In this document: piece after piece, positions 44,308 to 52,862 of the stretch
Numbering within the stretch: the first letter of the stretch is position 1
Layout: every line of letters begins with the position of its first letter
Assembly: GCA_964533825.1 (NCBI GenBank)
Contig: CAZHMU010000009.1
Location: forward strand, 1,168 to 65,167
Source of the DNA: an uncultured Oscillospiraceae bacterium
GTDB lineage: Bacteria > Bacillota > Clostridia > Christensenellales > CAG-314
Direction of reading: 5' to 3'
Length of the DNA stretch: 64,000 nt
Notes under the pieces: generated by a model
What the model saw: the letters and a program-made list of their open reading frames with translations, nothing else
What the model was told of the DNA's origin: nothing
The model's database searches: none
Position numbers and translations under genes: made by a program

Positions 44308-46452
44308 TCAAATCTTCATTGTCAAAGAAATGCGTTTTTTGTCAAGATCAACGGAAAGTACCTTTACGTCTACAATGTCGCCAACTTTTACCACTTCAAG
44401 TGGGTGCTTGACAAACTTTTTGGAGTTGAGTTGCGAAATGTGCACCAAACCATCTTGGTGAACGCCAATGTCTACAAACACACCAAAGTCGATAACGTTG
44501 CGCACTGTGCCTTTCAAAATCATACCTTCTTTGAGGTCTTTCATTTCCAACACGTCACTGCGAAGTATTGGCTTGGGCATTTCGTCACGTGGGTCACGCG
44601 CAGGTTTTTCCAACTCGGCAACGATGTCGCGCAAAGTCAGTTCGCCAATGCCAAGTTCGCTTGCAAGTTTTGGGTAGTTCTTGATGATTTTGGATAGTCC
44701 CGCAAGCTTGCCGATGCTGTCCATCTTGATGCCTTGCTTTTTCATAAAGGCAATGGTTGCGCCGTAACTTTCGGGGTGCACGCTGGTTGCATCAAGTGGG
44801 TTTGTGCCGTCATTGATACGCAAAAAGCCTGCACATTGTTCGTACGCCTTTGCACCCAGTTTGTCAACCTTCAACAGTTGTGCGCGCTCGGTAAACTTGC
44901 CGTTTTTCTCGCGGTAGGCAACGATATTTTTTGCAATGCTTGCGTTGATGCCGGAAATGTATGTCAAAAGTGGCGCAGACGCAGTGTTCAAGTCAACACC
45001 AACTTTGTTTACGCAGTCCTCAACAACGCCGTTCAAGGTTTCGCCAAGCTTCTTTTGGTTCATATCGTGTTGATATTGTCCAACGCCGATAGATTTTGGG
45101 TCAATTTTTACAAGCTCCGCAAGTGGGTCTTGCAATCTGCGTGCAATGCTTGCCGCACTACGTTGTCCAACGTCAAAAGTTGGGAACTCTTGCGTTGCAA
45201 GCTTACTTGCCGAGTATACTGATGCGCCCGCCTCGCTGACGATAACGTACTGAACAGGCAGTCCTGTTTCCTTCAAAAGGTCAACAATGATTTGTTCGCT
45301 TTCTCTGCTTGCAGTACCGTTACCCAATGAGATGAGTTCAACCTTGTATTTGTTGATGAGTTTTACAAGCGTTGTCTTTGCTTGGGCAATCTTTTGTGGC
45401 GTGGTTGGAGCAGTAGGGTAGATAACTGTTGTATCAAGCACCTTGCCCGTGCCATCAACAACGGCCAGTTTGCAACCTGTACGGAAAGCTGGGTCCCAGC
45501 CCAAAACCACCTTGTTTGCAATGGGTGGTTGCATGAGTAGTTGTACCAAGTTTTTGCCGAAAACGGAAATTGCTCCGTCTTCTGCCTTTTCCGTCAACAT
45601 ATTGCGCACTTCTGTCTCGATGCTGGGTGCAATCAAGCGTGTGTAGCTGTCTTGTAGCGCCAAACGCACAAATGGCTCGGTATTGGGGTTGTTGCCCACA
45701 ATTACGTGACGCTCCAAGTAGCCGATGATCAAGTCTTCTGGTGCAACAACTTTGACAGTCAATACCTTTTCCGCTTCGCCACGGTTTACAGCAAGCACGC
45801 GGTGTCCAGCAATTTTGACGATGTCTTCTTCGTAGTTGTAGTAGTTGTCGTAAACAGTTTTTACATCTGGCTTTTTGGCAACAGCAGTGATTTTACCAAG
45901 ACGGAAAGTAAGGTCGCGGATGTCCTTGCGGTATTGCGCATTGTCGGAAATAACTTCTGCAATGATATCCAACGCCCCTTGAACAGCCTCTTTTGCCGTT
46001 TTTACGCCCTTTTCGGCGTCAATATATTGTTTTGCGATAACTTTGATGTCGGCAGTTTCTTGTTGCAACAAGATGATGTTTGCCAGTGGCTCCAAGCCCT
46101 TTTCCTTTGCAACGCTCGCGCGAGTTTTGCGCTTTGGACGGTATGGGCGGTACAAGTCGTCAACTGCCACTTGCGTTTCGGCAGCTTCAATTTCCGCACG
46201 CAGTTCCTCCGTCATTTTGCCTTGCTCCTCGATGCTGGAAATAACTTGTGCTTTCTTTTCTTCCAAGTTGCGCAGATATGTCAATCTTTCAAAGAGTTTG
46301 CGCAGTTGTTCGTCGTTGAGTGATCCTGTTGCCTCTTTGCGGTAACGAGAAATAAATGGGATTGTGTTGCCTTCGTCAATCAAATTGACGGCAGCTTCCA
46401 CCTGCCATTTGCCAACTTCAAGTTCTTCGGATAGTTTCAAAATAATGTCCAT
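44308..46452 (-). CDS. tex: Tex-like transcription accessory protein (YqgF + HhH + S1 domains)
   Basis: N-terminus WQVEAAVNLIDEGNTIPFISRYRKEATG. C-terminal S1 domain GTVRNVIDFGVFVDIG. Confidence 0.9.
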   Translation of the reverse strand: MDIILKLSEELEVGKWQVEAAVNLIDEGNTIPFISRYRKEATGSLNDEQLRKLFERLTYLRNLEEKKAQVISSIEEQGKMTEELRAEIEAAETQVAVDDLYRPYRPKRKTRASVAKEKGLEPLANIILLQQETADIKVIAKQYIDAEKGVKTAKEAVQGALDIIAEVISDNAQYRKDIRDLTFRLGKITAVAKKPDVKTVYDNYYNYEEDIVKIAGHRVLAVNRGEAEKVLTVKVVAPEDLIIGYLERHVIVGNNPNTEPFVRLALQDSYTRLIAPSIETEVRNMLTEKAEDGAISVFGKNLVQLLMQPPIANKVVLGWDPAFRTGCKLAVVDGTGKVLDTTVIYPTAPTTPQKIAQAKTTLVKLINKYKVELISLGNGTASRESEQIIVDLLKETGLPVQYVIVSEAGASVYSASKLATQEFPTFDVGQRSAASIARRLQDPLAELVKIDPKSIGVGQYQHDMNQKKLGETLNGVVEDCVNKVGVDLNTASAPLLTYISGINASIAKNIVAYREKNGKFTERAQLLKVDKLGAKAYEQCAGFLRINDGTNPLDATSVHPESYGATIAFMKKQGIKMDSIGKLAGLSKIIKNYPKLASELGIGELTLRDIVAELEKPARDPRDEMPKPILRSDVLEMKDLKEGMILKGTVRNVIDFGVFVDIGVHQDGLVHISQLNSKKFVKHPLEVVKVGDIVDVKVLSVDLDKKRISLTMKI

Positions 46453-46745
46453 TGTTTGTTCTCCTTTTTTTGTATCCCGTGACTTGTCACGGCCTAATTG
46501 GTTTTTGGCACTTTTGCAATGTTAGTCATTGATGTCACAACTTTGTTGATTGTTTGTGGCACTCAAACACGCTTTGCTTTTGCCAATTTTGTTTCTACAT
46601 AGTGGGTTGCGTATCCATTGAGATTTGCAACATCCACAATAGAATTATTATACAAAATTTTGCACATTTTTGCAATACACCAAAAGAAAAATTGCACAAA
46701 AATAATGTTTGTTTTTTTGCCAGCCATTACGTGCAACTTTTACAA

Positions 46746-46781
46746 TAAAAAAACTACCACCAACTGTAGGTTGATGGTAGT
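46746..46781 (-). terminator. Terminator of glyQS
   Basis: Minus strand: ACTACCATCAAC...GTTGGTGGTAGT followed by T8. Confidence 0.7.
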
Positions 46782-46802
46782 GCAAATTTGCCTACGTAAC
46801 TA

Positions 46803-48191
46803 TTAGTAAATAAAAATTCTCTTCTTGAGATACTCTTTCAAATCGGCAATAGCAACGCGTTCTTGTTGCATTGTGTCACGATCACGAACTGTAACGCATC
46901 CGTCCACTTCGGTGTCAAAGTCCACAGTGATGCAGAATGGTGTACCAATTTCGTCTTGACGGCGGTAACGCTTACCAATGCTACCTGCTTCGTCGTAGTC
47001 GCAAACAAAGTCCTTCAAAAGGTCGTGGTAAAGTGCAGTTGCGCTTTCACTAAGCTTTTTGGAAAGTGGCAACACGCAAGCCTTGATGGGGGCAATTTCT
47101 GGGTGCAGGTGAAGTACAACACGTGTGTCGTTTTCGCCGACAACTTCCTCTTCGTATGCGTTGGAAAGGAAAGCCAAAAATGCTCTGTCTGCGCCAAGAC
47201 TTGGTTCGATTACGTATGGGATGAACTTTTCGTTTGTGATAGGGTCGGTGTACTCCAAGCTTTCGCCACTAACTTCTTGGTGACGACCAAGGTCGTAGTC
47301 GGTGCGGTCAGCAATGCCCCAAAGTTCGCCCCAACCAAATGGGAACTTCACTTCAAAGTCGGTTGTAGCCTTGGAGTAGAAACACAATTCGTCCTTGTCG
47401 TGGTCGCGTAGACGAAGGTTTTCTTCCTTGATGCCAAGGTCCAAAAGCCATTGCTTGCAGAAGTTTTTCCAGTATTCAAACCACTCAAGGTCAGTGCCGG
47501 GCTTGCAGAAAAATTCCAACTCCATTTGTTCAAACTCACGAATACGGAAAATGAAGTTACCTGGTGTAATTTCGTTACGGAAGGACTTACCGATTTGACC
47601 GATACCAAATGGCAACTTTTTGCGCGTTGTACGGCAAACGTTTTTGAAGTTTACAAAGATACCTTGCGCTGTTTCTGGGCGAAGGTAAACTGTGGAAGTG
47701 GAGTTTTCCGTAACACCGATAAATGTCTTGAACATCAAGTTGAACTTACGGATAGGTGTAAAGTCGCACTTACCACAAACAGGGCAGTGGATTTGGTGCT
47801 CAACGATGTACTTTTCCATGTCTTCGTTGGACATTGTTGCAACTGCAACGTCCACACCATGCTTTGCTTGGTAGTCTTCGATGAGATTGTCCGCGCGATG
47901 ACGAGCGTGACAACCCTTGCAGTCCATCAATGGATCGCTAAATCCGCCCAAGTGACCGCTTGCTTCCCAAGTTTTCGGGTTCATCAAGATTGCCGAGTCC
48001 AAACCAACGTTAAGTGGGTGCTCTTTGATAAATTTGCGGTACCAAACTTGCTTGATGTTGTTTTTCATTTCCACACCAAGAGGACCGTAGTCCCAAGAGT
48101 TGGAAAGACCGCCATATATTTCACTTCCTGCGTAAACAAAGCCTCTGCCTTTTGCAAGATTTACCAGTTTGTCCATAGTAAGTTGTGCCAT
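46803..48191 (-). CDS. glyQS: Glycine--tRNA ligase (dimeric GlyQS type)
   Basis: 462 aa with class II aaRS motifs ([30 protein letters not shown]). Confidence 0.95.
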   Translation of the reverse strand: MAQLTMDKLVNLAKGRGFVYAGSEIYGGLSNSWDYGPLGVEMKNNIKQVWYRKFIKEHPLNVGLDSAILMNPKTWEASGHLGGFSDPLMDCKGCHARHRADNLIEDYQAKHGVDVAVATMSNEDMEKYIVEHQIHCPVCGKCDFTPIRKFNLMFKTFIGVTENSTSTVYLRPETAQGIFVNFKNVCRTTRKKLPFGIGQIGKSFRNEITPGNFIFRIREFEQMELEFFCKPGTDLEWFEYWKNFCKQWLLDLGIKEENLRLRDHDKDELCFYSKATTDFEVKFPFGWGELWGIADRTDYDLGRHQEVSGESLEYTDPITNEKFIPYVIEPSLGADRAFLAFLSNAYEEEVVGENDTRVVLHLHPEIAPIKACVLPLSKKLSESATALYHDLLKDFVCDYDEAGSIGKRYRRQDEIGTPFCITVDFDTEVDGCVTVRDRDTMQQERVAIADLKEYLKKRIFIY

Positions 48192-48221
48192 AGTTTTTCT
48201 CCTGAAAATTGTTGTGATAGT

Positions 48222-48250
48222 ATTCTAAACTTATCCAAGTCTTTTGTCAA
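48222..48250 (-). promoter_or_regulatory. Promoter of glyQS (short 5' UTR, no T-box)
   Basis: Minus strand: TTGACA, 17-nt spacer, TAGAAT, about 30 nt before the RBS CAGGAGAAAAACT and the ATG. Confidence 0.55.
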
Positions 48251-48465
48251 GCAAGTGCAAGCAGTGCACCAAAAATTGTTACAAATGCAGGATAATTCGC
48301 CTATTATTTGATGCATTTTTAACAAATCATTGGACATTATCTCTTGGCGGTGGTATACTATATAAGTAACAAAAGTATTGCAAACACAACAAAAGGCCAA
48401 CAAACACTTTTATCCGTTTGCAAAAAAACACATTATCGCGCAACTTGCGCAAAAGAGGTAAAACC

Positions 48466-49632
48466 ATGCTCAACAAACGCTTGAACCGCATTTTGATATC
48501 CCTTGTACTCACAATTGTATGCTTTGTGGGCTACTATTTGTTGGTAGACGTAGTGATAGAAGAAACTGACTCTAACACAGGCATACCTGCAGTATTTACT
48601 GCTTTGTTGGCTTTTGCTGTACTGGACTTTTTCTTTGTGCTGATTATGGACAAAGGAGAACGTACAAGTCGAAGCGGTGCTGACTTCAAAAATGGTTTGT
48701 ACCAAGTACTTACCAGTTTGGAGTTTGTTGTTGGTGCAATGGTGGTGCTTTGTGGCGCACTTGACTACACCGATATCACACACAGCGATATGCAAGCATC
48801 AACGTTGATGTTTGTTGCTGGTTTTGTTGGTATGATAATTGTGCACTGCACAGCCAAAATTGCAGTGTATCATAGCATCTGCCACGGCAAACTCCCCAAA
48901 GCATTGTTCCCATTTGTGCACCTTGGTTGCACCCTTGTTGGCTACGTTTTTGGTGTGATTGTTAATTGCTTGGGATTGCTTGCGCCATTTTTGTACGGCA
49001 TTGCAAACATAGTTGTGTTTATTGTTGCAGTAGTGGTATTTTGCAAGCGTGGCTACTTTGACGCTGGCATTACCGAAGGCTATAACACAACCACTTACTC
49101 GGATGATAGCCCATTTGGTGGATATCCCGCAAAACGCAAGCAAAAGGGCAACAACCCTCCAAAAGGTAACAACAACCACAAAAAGACCACACGCAAAACA
49201 CTCAATACCTTCGACAAACTACCTCTCACCTCGCAAAAAGCACGCAACAGCCTTGCCTACAACGAAATTGACAGAAAGTTGCGCTCTTACCTTGCAACCA
49301 TCAGCAAAACTTTGTCCGCAAGCTCTCCATTGAACAGTGCAACAATCAAGGTGACTCACCTTTGGGAGGACGTTGGCTACAACATTGTGCTACGTTTCCA
49401 CATTTCCTACAACACAACAAGCGCAACAATGAAGGGTCACAGTATGGAGTCATGGGGCGATCTTGTTAGCGAATCCATCCTTGCCTTTAGAAATTCCTAC
49501 GGGCCCATGGTAGATGGCTATTTGCAACACGTCTGCAACATGGTAGACTCCGTTGGTCAAAGGGACGATCCCTATTACTTGGGCGATTGGCAAATTGATG
49601 CCGACTTTGCCGAAGACCTTGTGATTGACTAA
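48466..49632 (+). CDS. Hypothetical polytopic membrane protein with a basic linker and a C-terminal soluble domain
   Basis: RBS AAGAGGTAAAACC before the ATG. About 6 TM helices in the first ~190 aa, then a Lys/Asn-rich linker, then an unrecognised domain of roughly 140 aa. Confidence 0.5.
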   Translation: MLNKRLNRILISLVLTIVCFVGYYLLVDVVIEETDSNTGIPAVFTALLAFAVLDFFFVLIMDKGERTSRSGADFKNGLYQVLTSLEFVVGAMVVLCGALDYTDITHSDMQASTLMFVAGFVGMIIVHCTAKIAVYHSICHGKLPKALFPFVHLGCTLVGYVFGVIVNCLGLLAPFLYGIANIVVFIVAVVVFCKRGYFDAGITEGYNTTTYSDDSPFGGYPAKRKQKGNNPPKGNNNHKKTTRKTLNTFDKLPLTSQKARNSLAYNEIDRKLRSYLATISKTLSASSPLNSATIKVTHLWEDVGYNIVLRFHISYNTTSATMKGHSMESWGDLVSESILAFRNSYGPMVDGYLQHVCNMVDSVGQRDDPYYLGDWQIDADFAEDLVID

Positions 49633-49717
49633 CTCAAAGATTTACATTTTTCTAATGATACTTACAACTTTTAACTAACAAAAAACAGCGAGAAACAAAC
49701 TCGCTGTTTTTTTAGTC

Positions 49718-49969
49718 TTACAAATTGCTCTTGTACTTCCGTTTGGTGCTTTCGCCACCACGGATGTACCTTTCTGCCCAGTTTTCTCCCAAAACTTTGG
49801 CTACCTCTCGGTATAAACTTGCGTCAAGCAGTGGCAAACGGCAACTCAAATCTTTGTGCGCTGTCGATTTGGATACGCAAAACACCTTTGCCACCTGTCG
49901 TACAGTACACTTTGTGTGCAACAAGTAGTGGGCAATTTCCAAAACTCTTTGTTTGATGTAACTTTTCAA
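49718..49969 (-). CDS. spoIIID: Sporulation transcription regulator SpoIIID
   Basis: YIKQRVLEIAHYLL..KCTVRQVAKVFCVSKSTAHKDL..RLP......VAKVL........IRGGESTKRKYK aligns with SpoIIID. The start is probably TTG at 49969 (GGGGA upstream), though ATT at 49972 is possible. The long track ORF to 50116 was rejected. Confidence 0.8.
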   Translation of the reverse strand: MKSYIKQRVLEIAHYLLHTKCTVRQVAKVFCVSKSTAHKDLSCRLPLLDASLYREVAKVLGENWAERYIRGGESTKRKYKSNL

Positions 49970-50142
49970 AATGCATCCCCATTTTGTATAGTAGATGCGT
50001 GCAAATAGCAAATTATGCGTAAAACTTGCAAAATCTAACGCAAAATTGCCCATTTGTGACAAATTTCTGTCGCTTTGCGCTTTGTCGCAACTAATTCCAG
50101 ACAAAATATTGCACAAAAAAAAGATGCAACAATAGCTGTATC

Positions 50143-50880
50143 TTAGTTATCATCCTTTTTGTCCCACAGGTGGTATCTCTCGGGGTGCATGATTGCATTG
50201 GCAAACTTTTGGCGGATGTTGGGGTACTTTTCCGCAAGGTCACGCAAAATTTGTTTCATACTCTCCCTTTCGGTATGTTCGTCAGCAGGGCAGGGGTTTT
50301 TGACAACGGGCATCTTTTCTGCAAAACCCACAATGTCGCGCTCCTCGATGTAAATCATTGGTCGGATCAACGTCACACCCATCCTTGACATAAAGGACTT
50401 TGGTTGAAATGTGTTTAAGCGTCCTTCGTGGAATAAACTCAGCATAAAGGTCTCCACAACGTCGTCTTGATGGTGCCCAAGCGCCAACTTTGTAAATCCG
50501 CGCTCCACAATGGCAGAGTTCAACGCACCACGACGCATCTTTGCGCATAAACTGCAAGGGTTACTTTCCTTCCTTACATCAAAGATGATTTCAGCAATGT
50601 CCGTTTTTACAATGTGGTACTCCACGCCAAGCTCTTTGCAGTACTCCGCAATGGGCGCAAAAGTATCTTCCGCAAAACCCATATCAATGGTGATGCCCAT
50701 CAGTTCAAACGGCTTATCTGCAAAGCGTTGGTAGGCTTTCAAAAGGGTCAACAGCACCAAGCTGTCCTTTCCGCCGGAAACTCCCACAGCAATTTTGTCG
50801 CCGTGCTCAATCATATCAAAATCTTGTATAGCTCTTCTCATTGGAGAGAGCAGCTGTTGCATTGTCATATTCTTACCCAT
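50143..50880 (-). CDS. ttcA: PP-loop ATPase, tRNA 2-thiocytidine synthase TtcA-like
   Basis: PP-loop VGVSGGKDS, CSLCAKMRRG, LALGHHQDD, C-terminal CP..E motif. The exact start is uncertain (ATG at 50880, 50868 or 50862). Confidence 0.6.
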   Translation of the reverse strand: MGKNMTMQQLLSPMRRAIQDFDMIEHGDKIAVGVSGGKDSLVLLTLLKAYQRFADKPFELMGITIDMGFAEDTFAPIAEYCKELGVEYHIVKTDIAEIIFDVRKESNPCSLCAKMRRGALNSAIVERGFTKLALGHHQDDVVETFMLSLFHEGRLNTFQPKSFMSRMGVTLIRPMIYIEERDIVGFAEKMPVVKNPCPADEHTERESMKQILRDLAEKYPNIRQKFANAIMHPERYHLWDKKDDN

Positions 50881-51143
50881 CTCAAATCTCTATTATTTTG
50901 TCGTAGTGTTGCAGTTTTTTTTGTTACAAAACGACCGCCAATCATTGGCAATTACTGCAGGGAGCGGCCTCCCGATTTTTCAGTCACTGCCAACCTTTGT
51001 GAGTTAATTTTATAGTGCTTGTGCCAATTTGTCAATTAGTTTGTAAAATCTCACAGAAAAGTAGTAAAAAGGATGCCAAAAAAGTGCAAAAAAATACTAC
51101 TTTTTGTAAATCAAAATTTTTTAGGAAAAATTACTAAAAACTC

Positions 51144-51172
51144 TTGACAAAATAAATAGTAAATGTTATCAT
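51144..51172 (+). promoter_or_regulatory. Promoter of the Fur-family gene
   Basis: TTGACA, 17-nt spacer, TATCAT. Confidence 0.55.
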
Positions 51173-51220
51173 TTAAGCACAAAAGATAAAATTGTTGTTT
51201 GTCAATTCAGAGAGGTAAAA

Positions 51221-51586
51221 ATGAGGTACTCACGTCAGCGCGAAGCAGTGTACAATGTGGTTGCATCCACAAAGTGTCATCCAGATGCATCCTACGTGTA
51301 CGAACAAGTTCGCAAAGTCATGCCCAATATTAGCCTTGGTACGGTGTACCGCAATCTTGCGGAACTATGTCAAGATGGTCGCCTTATCAAAGTTAGTGTC
51401 GAAGGCAGTGCCGAACGCTTTGATGCTTGTTGTGCGCCCCACGTTCATCATGTTTGCAGCAGTTGTGGTGCAGTTACCGATTTGTCAATGGACAAAATAA
51501 CCATCAGCCACGACTTTGAAAGCGTAGATCACTACCAAATCACTTTTTATGGCACTTGCGAAAGCTGCCGTAATAAAACTAAGTAA
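51221..51586 (+). CDS. Fur-family transcriptional repressor (PerR-like by context)
   Basis: RBS AGAGAGGTAAAA. HP..S..V......[23 protein letters not shown] zinc site. It precedes oxidative-stress genes. Confidence 0.8.
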   Translation: MRYSRQREAVYNVVASTKCHPDASYVYEQVRKVMPNISLGTVYRNLAELCQDGRLIKVSVEGSAERFDACCAPHVHHVCSSCGAVTDLSMDKITISHDFESVDHYQITFYGTCESCRNKTK

Positions 51587-51633
51587 TCAAACGGCAATGC
51601 CGTAAAAAAAATATTATCCAAGGAGAAACTACT

Positions 51634-51747
51634 ATGAAAAAATTTGTTTGCACAGTTTGCGGTTACATCCACGAAGGCGATACCCCACCAGAAGAGTGCC
51701 CACTTTGCGGTGTCGGTCCAGACCAATTTGAGGAAGTAGACGAGTAA
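51634..51747 (+). CDS. Mini-rubredoxin (37 aa), not in the ORF track
   Basis: RBS AAGGAGAAACTACT before the [40 protein letters not shown] carries CxxC...CxxC rubredoxin-type knuckles. Confidence 0.7.
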   Translation: MKKFVCTVCGYIHEGDTPPEECPLCGVGPDQFEEVDE

Positions 51748-51915
51748 TATCACAACAAAAGCTGATCATGGTTGGTTTTGCAACTGTCAACAATATCACA
51801 CCAAAACAAAACTTGCTACAAAGCCAACCACATCCAATCACACAAAACTAATGACGTCTGTCGAAAAATCAAAAAAATACTATTAAAAGACTAATTATTT
51901 AAGGAGAAAGCTACT

Positions 51916-52458
51916 ATGAAATTTGTATGCTCCGTTTGCGGTTATGTTCACGAAGGCGACTCTGCACCTGAATTTTGCCCACAATGCAAAGTTCCTTCAT
52001 CAAAGTTTGTTGCTCAATCTGACGAAATGAGTTGGGCTGCAGAACACGTTATTGGCGTTGCTCAAGGCGCACCACAAGATATCATCGAAGACCTCAGAGC
52101 TAACTTTATGGGCGAGTGCACCGAAGTTGGTATGTACCTTGCTATGGCACGTGTTGCTCACCGCGAAGGTTACCCCGAAATTGGTCTCTACTGGGAAAAA
52201 GCTGCCTGGGAAGAAGCAGAACACGCAGCAAAATTTGCAGAACTTCTTGGCGAAGTTGTAACTGACAGCACAGCAAAGAACCTTCAAATGCGTATCGAAG
52301 CGGAAAATGGCGCAACAATGGGCAAAGCAGACCTTGCAAAACGCGCAAAACTCTTGAACTTGGACGCAATCCACGACACGGTTCACGAAATGGCTCGCGA
52401 CGAAGCTCGTCACGGCAAAGCATTCCTTGGCCTTTACAACCGTTATTTCAAGAAATAA
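51916..52458 (+). CDS. Reverse rubrerythrin (N-terminal rubredoxin-like + C-terminal diiron ferritin-like domain)
   Basis: RBS AAGGAGAAAGC. N-terminal CSVCGY...CPQC followed by diiron ligand motifs (E..G...[12 protein letters not shown]). Confidence 0.85.
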   Translation: MKFVCSVCGYVHEGDSAPEFCPQCKVPSSKFVAQSDEMSWAAEHVIGVAQGAPQDIIEDLRANFMGECTEVGMYLAMARVAHREGYPEIGLYWEKAAWEEAEHAAKFAELLGEVVTDSTAKNLQMRIEAENGATMGKADLAKRAKLLNLDAIHDTVHEMARDEARHGKAFLGLYNRYFKK

Positions 52459-52554
52459 CAGTTTGTATATATCGTTGCCTTTTGTATGCTACAATCAATG
52501 TGACTGTAAGGGCAGTGCTATCATTGGTAGTCATTTGCAAGCAACCAAAGTGGT

Positions 52555-52584
52555 CGTAGGGGGGGCGACGTCCGCGACGCCCCG
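52555..52584 (+). repeat. REP-like hairpin repeat, family A variant
   Basis: CGTAGGGGGGGCGACGTCCGCGACGCCCCG shares the CGTAGGGG lead-in and a GC-rich hairpin (GGGGCG/CGCCCC). Confidence 0.6.
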
Positions 52585-52660
52585 CACGTCAATACAACAA
52601 TCGTTTTTATTCAGTGCTAATCAGCACATATATCAAGCATAAATTCCTTCCAATAAAAAA

Positions 52661-52692
52661 GAGATACCACAATTTTTGTGGTATCTTTTTTT
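52661..52692 (+). terminator. Terminator after the rubrerythrin gene
   Basis: Stem GATACCACAA/TTGTGGTATC followed by T7. Confidence 0.8.
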
Positions 52693-52862
52693 GTTTGTTG
52701 TGCCTAATTTTACGCAAGCACTTGCAATAGTGATTGCTTTTGTTGTATAATTATATATACTGGTAAATATAATGCAATCGCAATAATATCGCCAATTTTT
52801 TCATTAACTAAATGAACAAGTCGGCTACCCCCCCCATTACAATCAAATAGGAGCGCGCAACT

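Noticed and set aside
48192-48420. An expected T-box leader upstream of glyQS. A GGCGGTGGTAT string at about 48345 resembles the T-box core.
   Set aside because: The string is on the wrong strand for glyQS. A TTGACA-17-TAGAAT promoter sits only about 30 nt before the glyQS SD, leaving no room for a specifier hairpin or terminator.
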